Shown here: piece after piece, positions 37,831 through 52,175 of the stretch | Numbering within the stretch: the stretch's first letter is position 1 | Layout of the letters: the number at the start of each line of letters is the position of its first letter | Assembly (NCBI GenBank): GCA_050575255.1 | Contig: JBNZDD010013730.1 | Location: 5,172,345 to 5,236,344, forward strand | DNA length: 64,000 bases | Source: Harriotta raleighana | Taxonomy: Eukaryota | Reading direction: 5' to 3' | Position numbers and translations under genes: made by a program | The notes under the pieces: model-generated | The model's database searches: none | What the model saw: the letters and a program-made list of their open reading frames with translations, nothing else | What the model was told of the DNA's origin: nothing

Positions 37831-38509
37831 GAGATATCGTGACATTATAAGACACTATATCAAATCTGTCTGTGTACATTAAATCACTTAGACAGTACTA
37901 CTTATTCTCTTATTGGGAAATGTTTCAACCTATCTGAGCTCTATTTTGAGCCCAATGTACAAGGCATCCAAGCTCCCTCTAACTCCTCCATCCTTCACTT
38001 GCATTAAAACAATACTATATTTATATTGAAGTGCATTGTTGGCAACAATTTATACCTTTCCAGGTAGATAAATGAACATATTGTTAATTGCACCAGGATT
38101 TATTGGTCCCTAAACTACACGCCAGTGTAGAAATCTATAATAAAATAATAAGATTATGTTACTGTATCAGATACGTTTATTATATAATATTATTAGAATA
38201 TATAATGAATATAATATAATAATTATAATATATTATATTCTCTGATTTGCATTGCAATTTCATCTGCTTCCTTCCCCCCCACCCATTTGAGGTTTGAGAT
38301 CTTCCTCATCAGTCACAAACACTTCACTCTAATCATTACTAGGTTTAGTGTTATTCTTCTCATTAGCAAAAAGATGGGAAATTGTAGTTAGGGAATAAAC
38401 GGTGTTGAATTCAAACTTCTTTTAAGCCAAAATAAAAAAGCCGGAGACAAATTGTTTAAGACTTGCAATTTGATGTTTCCAGAATCGTATCCATCAGAAT
38501 ATTTTTTTT

Positions 38510-38680
38510 TTTAAAATGCTGACGTTTGAATATGGCAGATAATATTGGAAATGCACAGCGGGTCGAACAGCATCTGAAAGAGAAATTGAGGATACGTTTT
38601 AGAATGTGATTCCTTAACATAATCTATCTTTCTCTTTCAGATGTTGACTTGACCTGCTGCAAAATTCTTGCTCTTTATGT
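38510..38680. mobile_element. Self-complementary repeat of the type common in shark genomes (Penelope-like terminal repeat)
   Basis: 'cagcgggtcgaacagcatctgaaagaga' pairs with 'tctctttcagatgttgacttgacctgctg'; a related piece lies at about 25070-25115. The family assignment is from memory. Confidence 0.45.
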
Positions 38681-40298
38681 TGCGGTCTGTACAAAGACGG
38701 ATTCATTATAACTTTACAAAATCATGTTGCACTCCCGATTTCGGTCGGTTGTTAGGCAGCAATACGAACAATCAAAGGAATTTTCAGGCTGGCAGTATCA
38801 GCCTTTATTATTCATTGCAGAATGTGACGGTTGTGAATTTTTGCAACTAGACTACATTTTTATTAATTTTGCTATAAAAAAAGTTCATTTTTTCACTCAA
38901 TTTGCGTGCTGTGGCCATTGAACAGATGTTTGAGTAAAATGCTTTCCCCCCCGTTGTCTCTTTCTGATTGGCAGCTACGACATTTTTCATGTATCATTTC
39001 ATGTGACAAGCCAGTAGTTACCTGCTGTTTGAAATTAATGATGCCCCTTTTTTAAAACCAGCAAAAACTGCGCAGTGAAGCATTTCTGCCAAAACTAATT
39101 CATAAACGTTCAGCACAAGCTAGCAGTAAATTAGAGGTGCGACAATTATCTATTTCCCTCGTGGTTGCTGGGTGAAAGGCTACACCCAATCTCACAATTA
39201 TTCCTTTGGAAAGAGATTTGCCGATTAGTACTGCAAAATTCCCATTCTCCTTTATACAGATCCAAGGAATCTGAGCTGATGCTCACAGCTCTCATGAGGC
39301 CAATGCGAAAGAAAGGACATGTGTACTTGTGGTATGCCATACGTTCAGTGTCAGTTCAGCAGTAATGTTACACAATCCCTTCGTTGCTGGACAGCTGACA
39401 AGTCACATCCACACTAGCTTTCTGGTATTCAAACAAAAAAAAAAGCGCGATCTCACAAATTTCAGCAATCCGGAATTTGTGTTTTAAGTGATTAATGGCC
39501 ATATGATTATTTTACTGCTGAATTTTATTCCTCTTCACCCATTCACACCGTGCACACTTTCTGATCATACAGTACTTAGATTTCGATGGACACAGCAGCA
39601 ATTTCCCTCTGACGATGCCATTCTTTCCGGTGGGGAACGTTACAAAAGTTGGGTATCTGTGGCAAAAATCTTTGATTGAGATTCTGCTGATGGCTCAGTT
39701 GAAAATACTGATGGCAAATGCAGAGCTGAGCCATGTAGACGGATATAGAAGGATCTCGGGTTCAGCCCAGTTCTGATCTATTAGTTAACTCAACTAGGAC
39801 AATTGTGGTGCAATAAGTTTCTTAATAAGAATCCTTGCATTTGATGTAGAGTATTGGGACGTCCTCCCGACATGAAAGAAGCTCTATAAGTGTAATTTTG
39901 TTGTGTTATCACAGCATTGAAACGCCTCAAAGTGCTTCATGGGATATAATATAAAATATGTATTTTCTGGGCCAAACAACATCTGGTGGAATACAACTCT
40001 GGCAATGATATACTGCAGTGGAGTGATTTGAGTGTTGGTCTAGAGTTATAAGGTTAAGCAAGGCATGCATTGTACTGCAAGGATTCGCCACGCAAAGTGT
40101 GGGGAGTGTTAAGCTTTGGGTGCAATGGTGAATTATGCAACAAATATTCCATATTTTGCAACAAATGGCAGACAAATCAGGCCTCAAGGTTTCTCCAGAG
40201 AACCGTGCAACTCAAGTTTACCTTTGACTAGCAGATTTAACCAGATGTTGCCATATAGTTGTTTTACGAAAATGTGATTGTTTTGATGTTTATTCCAG

Positions 40299-40419
40299 GT
40301 ATTTACCACTGACAGGATTCCAGTTCAGCATGAAAACACTACCTACAGGCTTCAACCGTAGCCCAGCAGGATTGCCGCGGTCTCGGAGTCTGTATACAGC
40401 CAGGCTTAACCAGTTCTGA
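40299..40419 (+). CDS. TTLL7: TTLL7 terminal coding exon: (R)YLPLTGFQFSMKTLPTGFNRSPAGLPRSRSLYTARLNQF*
   Basis: ttccag|G acceptor in the required phase 2; TGA at 40417-40419. Length and pattern match the recalled C-terminus (RYLLPGSTQF...RSNVLFTSRYGHL). Confidence 0.88.
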
Positions 40420-43400
40420 GCTGCACATTTTCTAATACTCTGTAAATACCGGCATGTCGCAAGCCAATATCTCTAAACTTTCGTGACATTCCTTATCTTG
40501 GGAATGTGACTCGATTTGCTCTCCCCCCCCCGCCATCCCTCATGCACCAAAACAACGTTGTTTAGCAGGAGAAAAGCTGAATTTAATTTCAGTACGGCTA
40601 AGAATTGTCCAAGTGTTTACAGGAATTTGGGGGAAGTTTGCTGTCGTTCAGAACAAGCTGCTTTAAGATTCATAGCGATTCAGAGTTTTTTCTTTGTGCT
40701 GCTAATTTTTGCAATTGCTTGATGTATTTATTTGGTGCTCATATATCTATATGGGGGCTGACTTTCAGATCGTTGGCAAATTTCACCAAGTTGATTTTCC
40801 CATTATTATAATATTAATATTCCTTGCATTTGATCCAGTGATCGAGGTCAGAAGATTTATCGATCAACAGAGAATCGGATGCTCTTATCCACCAAGTGGG
40901 TAAATGTATCCAGGATAAGGAGAATCACCCCCTCAATTTGAGTCACTACTTAGTGAATTTGCCATGAAATGAAGAGATCAGACCCTATTATTTATCTTAT
41001 TTGAACAGTAATTTGCAAGAGTGTGAGCTGACAAGAAAAATAGTTTTTTTTGACATCATTGGCACTTTGACTTAATCAATTTAAATTTAGTTATGCTACA
41101 ATTAATGTGAACCTAGCCAGAGTTCCAAGATTTGTTTTTTAAAAAAAAATGGTTTCTCGTATTTTCAAAGCAAAATAAAGCAGTAGTTCATCATGCTGTC
41201 CTTGCATAGTAATGATTTCTAGTTGGTATCTTAACTCATTCGTTGCTGCAGGTTTACTAGTTTAATGCTAGTAGCTTATTTTAATTTTATTGCAGGACAG
41301 AACAGATTTCTTTTGCTTGCGATGCAGTGTCCCTCAAAGCAGTTTGTTTCAATTGAGACACCTGGGTCATTGAGCTGAAAGTATCTTAGCGATTCTTTCC
41401 ACTTTGTCGTTTGGTAGGATCATGGGTCACCCCCTCTCTATCGCTGCCAGCACAAATCAAAACCAATAGGCAGTGAAACCCAGCCTTTATTGAGCTGGTA
41501 GATTTGAGGATCAAATAGTTTTGCAACATAGGTCAGAGTACTCCCAAGGATAACATTTTAATGTTATTCAGTGGTTACAAGTAAGTGTTGTTTCATTATC
41601 ATGAAGTGAAAGGTGTTGCTGCCAATGAATGATTTTGTTCCTTAACGTTACGAAAAAAAATTGCAGGAGCAAGTAGTGCATGGACTTGTCAAGGTGAAAT
41701 GATGTTTGTTTTGCAAATCACAACATTATAATAATACAGATGACTCTCCATTGATGCAAGCTGCTTTTCTAATAGAAAATCTAATGCCGTTATGAAGCAC
41801 GTTGGCATTTCAAATGATGACTGTTCCTCCATTGTACCATAGACCGATTGTTTGATCAGTGAGTATGAATGCTATTTCACTGTCTCAAGGCAGATACCAT
41901 TTTTTTTTAAGAGGTGAATGGTATGTGTCCCATCATGGAACAAAATGACAATTATATTAGCGAATGACTTAAAAGATATCCTTGCAGAATAGCTCATGTA
42001 TAGTGTCCCTGCCATTGAAGTTTATATGCCATAGAAAGTGCCATGCATTGCAGAGTGCCTCATCACATCTGTCAATTTCCCCCTTGAGCGAGCTGGCCAG
42101 GTTTCTAAACTATCGGTCAATATATGCATCAATAATGGTAATTTACTTTGAAAATGTTGAGAGCACTGATTGTTTTCCTCAGACGGGGAAGCAATAGTCC
42201 CAGCTATAGTGAAAGATGCTCTGCTTTGTTGCAGTAGCACACATTAAAATATGACATGAAGGTGATACAAGAAGACTAGACTTTCTACAGTAAATGAAGA
42301 TATCTGAGATTAGTCATCCATACAATTTACAGCTGTAACAGTTGACAGCTTGTCACTACTTATGATTCTCGTTGCAGAAGACAAGGACTTGACTGAGGCA
42401 GAACATCTGATTTGATTTGTTGTGAAGGGACATCTGCTCACCCAGCTCTTTATATGTGGCACAAAGTTTTCAGGTTCCTTTCCCTTCAAATCACCCAGGC
42501 CTATGGTACGTGTGTGGTCACTGTACCATTCAATGCAGCAACATACACACCAAGGGACAGGGTGGAAAGCCAATGTCAAATTCCAAAGACTGCTTTTCTG
42601 TCGTCAGCTTCTGTTGTTGATAAAGACAATCAAATTCTAGGCTTTTTAATAATCAGACCAGTCGTAAAGCTCGAGGCATTTCAGGTACATATCAAAAAAT
42701 TGTAATTTGATTAAGTATAAGTTCTACTAGATGAAAGTATATTTATTTAGAAGCTTCTTAAGAAGTGTAGAGTAGTTTGGAGGGGAAAAAAGTTTTATAT
42801 TTGACATAGATTCACATGTGTATGTTGAACAGATTAAATTTTTAAGGAATTGGATTTGAACCTAGCTTAGCTTTAGATACAGGTGCCATTACATTTTTTT
42901 AAAAAAGTTCTTCTACATATTACTGTATTACCCTTTCTATAGGTGTAAAAACCCAGGCGTGAGTGAGAATTCATGAAATTCTGAGTAACCTTGTGTTTGC
43001 TGATGCACTCTGGCACTGTCCTTGCTTGACATATCGCATCTTACCAGCAGGTGTCAGATGTTCTCTTTATAACAGTCATACGTTTGGTTCAGAGCTCATT
43101 GTTTTTATTAAGACAGCACATTGGGCAGTATTATACGCCTTGTTTGGGTAAACTGATGCCTGGTGCCCAAAATGCCAAGCAAGGTTGCACAAATGCCAGG
43201 CCCCATGTCTGAAAAGTTACCCGTGCGAACGGCGATGGATGGGCAGCAGTGGAAACATTAACTAGTGCACAACCTGTATAGACATGCTCCCTTCCTTGTC
43301 AAAGAATAGAAATGTTTACAGTTCTTCATCGCGTGATGTTGTGGTCTAAGTAGATAGGATGTGTTTTAAATAAAGCTTTCACATTCTAATATAATTCAAA

Positions 43401-46400
43401 GTATTTAAATGTTCACACGCATCACTGAGGATTCAAACTATTTTTTGTGGGTGCATAAAATGATTTTCTTTTGCATTTTAATCTCCCGATGGTGTTTGTG
43501 ACATGATGTAATATGTCTTAAGTTTTGGCTTATCATAATAAAGGGCATTTTGACTTTAAATTGGGCTCTGTAAGTCCTAAACACTGAGTTATGTTCTGTT
43601 TTAGTGAAATAAACCAGCAACAATAAATAGTACTTCCCTGTAGTTCATGACCTGTGGCCTTGACTATAGACATTCTACAGTGCTAGGTAGCTCTGATTGG
43701 CATCAGCATCTCTGTTTTTTCTGATTATATACTTCGCAGGAAAATCTAGATTGTAAACCCTCTTTACATTTCCCACGAGACCTTGAGCACACAGGAAGCT
43801 GTTAAACTGTCAAACAGTTAATGCCATTTCGCAATGGCTTTTCAGGTTAAGAATATTTCAGCTCCTAGGACTGTTGGAACAAGAACTCAGCTCCTGCTAG
43901 CAGCTGCAGACTGTTTTCGCTATTACAACAGCAGCCTGCCATGATGTGATGAAAGCTGCCAGAACAGTTTCCATAAGGAACAAATGTCTGCGATCGGGTT
44001 CAATACAGCTCTGAAACCACACTAAGAGCACAGCATAGAGGTTGCTAAAGTGGATGCCCAGGAGATTCCAGCAACGTAAACCAATCTTTCCACATATTTG
44101 AAAACTGCTTTTAGTTGTGTCATTTTTTTTCACAAAATCCTTAATTGGCTTTTTGGTAAATTATATTATAAATGCCTTCTAGGCGTATTAACAGGTAAAC
44201 AATAACATGTCATTCTGTGCAGTTTTATAGCCTTTAACTAGATATCAGTCAATAGATTGTCCTAATTTGAAAAAAATAATAACGAGCATCAGAATTACAA
44301 AATTATGCAGAATAATGCAGTGATTTTGACTTGGGCAAATTGATTCCTAGTTTCATTTGGGTAGCAGGGACACTATCAGCCATGTTCTTTACGTGGTGTA
44401 ACTAATTCACATTCATTGTGAGTTTGCAGTCCAATTGATTACGCATAAACCATTCGGTCGGTGTAAAGTCCCCCCTCGCTTGACCTCCCGAGTTCTCCAG
44501 GGCTGTGAAGCAGGCGGTTTGTATCAAGTGGTTTATACTACCTTGATGCAGATCTGTCGTTTTCAGTTTGGAAACAAAACTCGAGGCTTGCTTTGTGCAG
44601 GCAGTTTAATCCCTCCAGGCACATGAGCCAACCCCAGGGCAGCCCTCTGTTTAAACCCCAGGGGAAGTTGCTTTGCGGTTCAGGTCATCCAGATCTAAAC
44701 TCAATGAAATGTCTGGGAGCATAAAATTCTTAAACGCCCTAACCACGTCTCCTAATTCACTATCTAGACGGCTATGTTAAAAAAAAACTCTTTTCAAACA
44801 TCAAAGGCAAATATGATTACTCAAATCATTCTACCAACATTAGAAAAATGCCATTAAACACGATGGATAAGGGTCCTTTTTTTGAACTGAAGAGGGGGCG
44901 TGAGAAACCGGACAATACTTTGCTCTTCACCTGACCAATTTCTATAATTAGTAGGCCATTGAAGTACTTGTGTTTCTGCCGCACCATTTGCAAAGCTTCG
45001 TTTTTATAAATAATTGCTTTGTGGGGCTGCTAAATGGACCAGTCAAGAGGATTGTGCTCTGCTTCATGGCAACATGAAATGCACTGCCCATTTAGAGCGC
45101 TTAAAAATAATTAGAGCAGTTATGAAGCCACTCTAATATGGATTGATGGATAATCAAAACGCACCGTTGGGTTTAGAGATAACAAATGTAACACTAGATT
45201 AACGGGCAAAAGGTACATCAAATGTAGACTGCTGGTGGCCCCTGTACTGTGCTTTAAATGGAAACATTTTAGAACCATTGTATGATGTAGTTTGTTTCAG
45301 AGCACACACTTGGTTTTGTTTCCAATGCGGTTATTTTGCTAAAGGTAGTTTCCACAGCCAATGGAAATGTACTGCGCGAATCCCGAATGAAAAGCACATT
45401 TGTTTAAAAAAAAAGGAATTTCGCTTGCAAGTTTTAGAAAATCCTGATGCTTGACTGCAGAGTGAAACGCATCTTTAAAGAAAGGACACAATGTTTGATT
45501 TCTGCCAATTATGTATTCTTCATTTGCCTTTTGCAAATTGGTAAAAATTTGTTGAATTCATCTATCTTCAGGAGGGGTTTATTGGATTTGAGTCCCTTGT
45601 TCGTCAAGTCAAATATCTTTGTATGTGCTGTAAAATCACTGTAATATTTCCAATTTTCTCCTTTCTTTATTGCACCAACATCTAATGCTGGATGATGGTT
45701 CAGTAGGTGAAGTTGCTTTTTTATGCTTGATCACACGCTTCAGATATGAGGCTCGCGAACAAATGTTGCCAGACTCTGACTTTAGAATGGAGGCATTTTT
45801 ATTGGGACAGCGATCAGGACAGAAGTTTTTCCCTACCTATTCTACGGATGTAGAGGTCAATTGTTGCACACATAACTACCAGCCCCATTAACACAGCACA
45901 AACTAGGGATCAAAGCTGGACTACTGTATAGTTATAGTGCAGTCTGTACAGTTCAGCACTGCACTTTGCATTGTTAATATTTCAGCTACATGAAAATAAT
46001 TCACATGGATTAATCTCTTGTGGTTAATGTTCATAAATGATACGTGAACCTTTTTAAGTATTAATAGAAACCAAAAAATCTTGTTAGGCCCAGAAAAAAG
46101 GTAAACTGAATATCTTATTTAAAAATATATTATTTAAATACTTCAGCTTGAATTAAGTGTGGCGAAATTCAACAAATTACTAGTGCTATATGTACAGTTG
46201 TGTTTTGCAATCCGCTGTATACACCAATGGATTTTAATGTGTCAAGAGTATGCTATAAAGACCATTTTCTAAAATAAAATCAGTTCAGCTTCATGGCTAT
46301 GAAAGTAATCCTTGGCTGAATTCATGAGCATTTTGATGCTTTTTGCTGCAATTAGAGACTTACATATGTTGTACAGTGTAAAATGACTTATCCCCAGCAA

Positions 46401-46740
46401 GCCTGTGCTCTCATTTCCCGTTCCTTAATCTGTGCTGGAAATGCAGGAACAATGTGTACAAAACAGAGAAATATATTTTACAAATGGCTTTTGCTGCTTT
46501 TACTGGCATGTACAGCCCATAGAGAGAGCAACATGACTCGCACATACTGGCATGACTTTGACTGCTGCTCAAAATACAGTATGGACTGGTATTCTGTACA
46601 GAAACTAGGCTAAGTTGTAGGAAATGCAATTAGCCTGTAACTTGTGAATTCTAAGTTAATGTTCTGAATGTAATTTTGTGAAGAATAGTGAATGCCACTA
46701 ATGTAATGCATTGTATAATAAAACTGAGTATTTTAGTCCT
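40420..46740 (+). other. Probable long TTLL7 3' UTR; the end point is uncertain
   Basis: AT-rich and free of recognisable young SINE/LINE copies, unlike the introns. Several AATAAA hexamers occur; the last, at 46717-46722, is followed by a GT/T-rich tract. Confidence 0.4.
46717..46722 (+). terminator. Candidate distal polyadenylation signal AATAAA
   Basis: Upstream TGTA motifs and downstream 'tatgtgctttgg...ccttttttttt'. Confidence 0.4.
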
Positions 46741-49700
46741 CTCTATGTGCTTTGGTACCTTCCTTTTTTTTATATTATCGTTTGGAATTCCATTTGGTAG
46801 CTGATGCAATTATTTTGACATTTCTGACAGTCTTTAAAAGTGCTAAAAGGAGGTATGTTCAAGTTATAATGGAATCAATCCTCTGTGAAATTCTCCTGGG
46901 CCAATTCAACAGGTAGTCAGTCTCGGAACCCACTCCAGTGGTTTGTTGTAACGATGTGGTAGAACCGATTCAAAGAAACTACAGTATTTGGATTGCATCT
47001 TTAAACTCTTCAGAAATATTATCATAGCATCAGAAATATAAGAAAGCATAGATTTTTAAAAGGCTCTATTAAATTCATCAGTCCAACTTCATCCCAGACC
47101 ACGTACAATGTGCCCTGTCATAGTTTGTAGACGACCTATTTAATCTCCAGAAGGAGAGTGTTGCATAAATACTTCCTGATCCCCAAAGGTAATCAAATGA
47201 AACTCTAGAATATTTATTCAGCTCCACAACTCCACCATTCAACCTTGACCAGTTGCCCCACACAGTTGACGCCTACCCCTCCAGCCCCAGTAGCATAGAC
47301 ATGCATCGTGCGTTGTATTAAGACAAAACCCGAACGTCAAGCTTTGTCGAGACAGGAGTTCTACCATCCATCAATCGAACAAGATGCTAACGGCAGAGGC
47401 TTGAGTTAGGAAAACGATTAGCTATTATCGGGGAACACAACGGTGGAATATTTCCCATGATGAAACCTCTGGGCAAACACCTGCTGGCGGAGAAAATGCG
47501 TAATGTGGAAAAACTTTTCCTACTGTAAAAGCCGTGAGTAGGAAGGAGAACAATAGAGTGCATTCATCAAGTGTCCAGTGTAACAGAATAATAGTCCTTT
47601 GGGGGGCAAATGTTCTCTTTCCTTTCCCCTCTCAGTATGACTTTATGAACTATTGATCCTGAAATGTACATAGTTAACAATTATTGTACTTTACCCTAAT
47701 GTGTAACAGTCAAACCCTTCGCTTCTGCCATGTTGTCAAAGGCCTAAGTTGGCCTGAGGCAGTTCTGTGCTACAGGATGATACAAACCCTTTAACTGAAG
47801 GAGGCATATAAAAATGTTGCCTCTTTTGGCTTAATCCTCATGTTTTGAGAGTCTTTTCAACGCTTGACAGTCAGGCATTAAGCTTAAAATCGCAGAATGT
47901 GTGCTGTACAACTCCTGTAAACCATTTTATTTGAGGTGTTTTTTTTCGCAGCCAAGGTGGTGGAATATATTTTTACGTCTCCTGGACAGTTGAACTGTGA
48001 ACAATAATTTAAACTTTTTGTTTGCTACTTCTAATTATTTAACGAATGTGCACGCTGCGGCTGGGTCTCTGAAGATGCCAGCAAACCGCAGGTTAATGGA
48101 TTCAGTTTTACATGAATCAACATGGCTGCGGTAGGTATCGTTGTACAAATATAGAGGAACTAGACCTGTCAGTCTTACGGAGTATTTAACTGGATGTATT
48201 CTAATTCGGGCAACATTAAATCCCAAAGCATTACTAGAGAACAAAGCCTGAAAATGCAATGAAAGTCAAATGCAATGACTTCCTGAAATTGGAAGACATG
48301 TTATTCTCTGCAGACACAAGCTCGACTTTTAATAGATTCGGTAAGATTCAACATAGTGTTCACTTAGTTGTGCTTAACAGTTTCCAGTTACCTCAGACTG
48401 CACCATAACTCGAGCTTGTTTGCACCTGTGCACGACTTGAATAGAGCTGTGCTATTTAGGGAGGTGTTTTTAGTGGAGGACGCACACTGAAAACATATGC
48501 GGTTCCTGGCAATGAGTGCCAAACACCATCCAGTCTTCAGAAGGTTAATAAGAATGAAACAGATGAAACGTATCCAGCCGAGAGGAGACAAACACATCAC
48601 ACGTATGATTGCATTCTGACCTGTCCTCCAGTAGCTTATAAACCTGGGATTAGTCAGGTATGAAGTGAGCATTATCTGCCTCATCTGGCTATGCAATTCC
48701 GGGAGAAGCAGAGGTTTGGAGGTATTTCTGGGACATGTTGACATCTGTAGTCCTGCTGCCTAATCCTCTCCTTCAGGTTTTATAGGCTTCAAAGCCTCTT
48801 TCCTAATGGACATGGTAAACAGGCTCTATTATGGACATTGCAAATGCTTCTCTTTTGTTTGCTGATATCCACGTATGTTTTTTGCTTTTACTAAACACCT
48901 AATAAAGATCTCCAGCTTTGTAAAGCGCGGGGCTGTTTTAAACAATGAATCCTATCCGTATAACAGGAGCAGAATTTCTTGTTGTGTGCGATGACCTGAG
49001 TGCAATCTTTTCTCGTCACTGGTGCAGTTTCAGGGTGGCATTAAGCAGCTATTCACTTAGTCGAGTGGATATTCTCCCACCTTAAGCTACAAAACGTGAA
49101 ACCCAGTTGCTTGTATACACTGTGTATACAAACACTTTTATTCAGAAACGCTCTGGTACAGCGATCAGTTATCCCTTTGGGAACAGGAAATTCAGAAACC
49201 AGCTTATTGAATCGTATGATTTTCTTTGTGGAATAACAATGGTCCTACAGCAGCCACATCTCGGCTGTATAAAAATCGATGCAGAGAGCCTTTTGTGCCA
49301 ATTTCAATAATACGACATGCCAGTTTCTGTCTGGTATGTTTCAGCTCACATGCCTCCTCTCCATTTAAAATGCAGCACAAGACAAGTTAATATTACCTTC
49401 ACTAAACCAACAGAATTGAATTCTTTGCAATGTTTGTACTGGAGGAAAAATTGGTTTATGTCAGTCGTTTTTGCAGCAAAAATAAAGTTTGCTTCCGTTA
49501 CAAGCACATGGGAGAGGCTTCGGATTTTCATATTCTGTATGCCAGAAACCCCATCTAATAACACGTTGATAACTGGCTGAGTAACTGGGCAGGAAAAAAA
49601 TCCTAATGTAAAGGAATGGCGTAAAGAATAGTGCAAGTCAGAGGTGCAAAATTATAGCTAGTTTTAACCTGCAAATCTATTTGTATTAAAATGTAATATT

Positions 49701-51149
49701 TGTGGAAAAGTCTTAAATCCAGTCTTGAAAGCCGTGCGATTATGACTATAATGATGTGCGTAGAAATTCCATCAAGTGTACGAGAGTGACTAATAATAAA
49801 GCACAAATAAACTACACAATTTTCTGTACTTTGTGGTCTCTATCTACAGTGATGGCCTACCATACATAAATCATGAAAAATACTGATGAGATTTCACATT
49901 ATAAACTCATAAACGTCTCCACCAAATTTACTCTGAAATACTAATTAATTGGTTGGTCTTTTCATTGATGTTTAAGGGACGGTGCTTGCATGGATTAGCT
50001 GCTGGGTTTGCCTGTAAAATACATTGCCTTCGTTTCTAATCAATCAATGTTGAGAAGCTCTTCAACACATTTAGATTTACATGGAAATGCTATATAAATG
50101 CAAGTTGTTATTAAAATGAAAAGAAAGCCATTTATAGTGCTCAGCGTTGAGTGAAATCTAACCTTTCACCAACACTGATTGCAAAAGAAAGTTTCAGCAT
50201 CACTTATTTGAGACACTGCCCCCCACCACATGTATATGATGTAATTCATTAAAAAAAAGTACTTGTTATTTTGATGTATTACTCCAGGTTTCCCCTGTTG
50301 ATATCCATATGGAAAAACAGTACAGTGGATTCAAGTTACTACCAATTGCTGTTGGGTTGCCAAAACGGATAGAAAAACAATATTGGGGTTTAATATGCGA
50401 TATTCAATACAGGATAGGATTGTGTATTTATAAATTGAATCATTGGTAACTTGCTATCCAGCCGCTTTTCCTAACTTGCTGTTTTTTTTAATGCATGATT
50501 AGCATTTTGTGACATTTCCGAATTAAGACGGTATTTGTGAATTCCTCCGATTAGGCCGCAGCGGAAAGCAGCGGCTGCTTGCTTAAGTGTATAGCGACAA
50601 ACATTGCTGGATTTAGTGGCAGGAAGCATATTGTTTCCCATTGTGCTGAGAAATGGATTTCTAATGAATTTGTATTTGCGGCCCTCTGAAATATAAACCC
50701 ATGAAAACTAGTACACATAACGCCACAGAATTCAGGCATTATGATGACATAAAGTGTCTTGCCCCTATAGAGCAAATATTACAATAATAGTTTTGATATG
50801 ATATAGTTTTCCACTGTGAAACATTCAAAATGAAGCATGCCCCGATAAAAACACCACTAAATAAGTTACCTAGTTTCTGCAGTGACAGCTATGGCCGTGT
50901 TGAAGAGAATTTGATTACATTGGCCATTCAGAGGAAACTGCGAGAGCTTGCTGCCGAATGATGTGCCAACAGTGATAATAAAATGTACAGCTCCAATGAA
51001 GAGTACGTCCAAAGCTGGAAATTGCCCATTAGCCTTTGGTTTAAAACAGTAGTGATTATTTACAGCATGCAATTGAGAAGTTTAGAATATAATAAACAAA
51101 CAAAAGTGACAAAAAAAACACAATTTATATATTAGACTGTTACAATTTA

Positions 51150-51520
51150 ATAATAGTAATAATAATAATATTAATCCTTGCATTTGATATAGTGCCTTAC
51201 CATGGCTCCAAGATGCCTCAAAGTGCATCAAAGAATACACTACTGTATTAAGTAAATCTACTGTATATTTTGTGGGAGAAACCCGGCAGTCGATTGCACA
51301 AGCAACCCTGGATTGGGTGACCAATGTTTAAATTTGGGTTAAATTCTCTTGTTTTGATTGTTACCCCTCGAAAAGTGATCCACCAATCGACTAATAATGG
51401 AGTTCCTAATTACTGCAGGGAAACAGAGGCTTGTGGAGTAAGGAAACTTGCCTAACGTTGTGCTGATCCAAGATCCTCCCACTTGCGAGGCGCATGCTCT
51501 AACCACTAAGCTACAGTAAT
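51150..51520 (-). mobile_element. SINE family 1 (long form)
   Basis: Reverse complement of head, core, extra central segment and tail. Confidence 0.8.
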
Positions 51521-51755
51521 CCACTAGTCGTTCAGAGCAATATTTTCTGTAGTTTCTGACAATTCACTCTTTTAAATTCAAAATATTATATCTCATGTCT
51601 GCACAACATGATGAGAAATCTGATATTTTAGTCACTGGTGTTAGCACTATGCTTTCGTGACGGCTGACCATGACTAGTTTTACTTTACACTTCCCCAGGC
51701 CAGTTTCCTTTGAACCTCGTTATGTGTAGGACCAAAGAAAATCCATCATGGTCCA

Positions 51756-52040
51756 TCAAGTGTGAGACCTGTGTTCGAATCCAGGCAGATCAGGGCGAAA
51801 CCTTGGGCAAGTTTCCTTACTCCACACGCCTAATAATAATCCACGAAAAAAAAACATAACAATAAAATTGGTCATTTCAATCCACACCTAATTGTGGGAC
51901 AATGCTGTGCGCAATTGGCTGCCGCATTTCGCCCGCAAATATACAGTCAATTCACTTTACAGTGTATTCTGTGAAGTGTTTTAAGACATCTAGAAGACGT
52001 GAAAAGCGTTATATCAAATGCAAGGATGATTATTATTATT
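51756..52040 (+). mobile_element. SINE family 1 (5'-truncated)
   Basis: B box GTTCGAATCC, core and tail. Confidence 0.87.
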
Positions 52041-52175
52041 ATCTGTCCCTTCCCCATCAAAAGTATATCCAAATGCCTTTTGAAACTACCCATGAGGCAC
52101 TCCTCCTCTAGGAACAAATTGTTCCAAATGCTAGCTATTTTCTATGTATTGTCAAATAAAAATGTTCTAAAACTA

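Noticed and set aside
48388-48744. 118-aa minus-strand ORF ending at a donor-like GAG|GTAAC
   Set aside because: No recognisable domain or partner exons; the length is within chance expectation.
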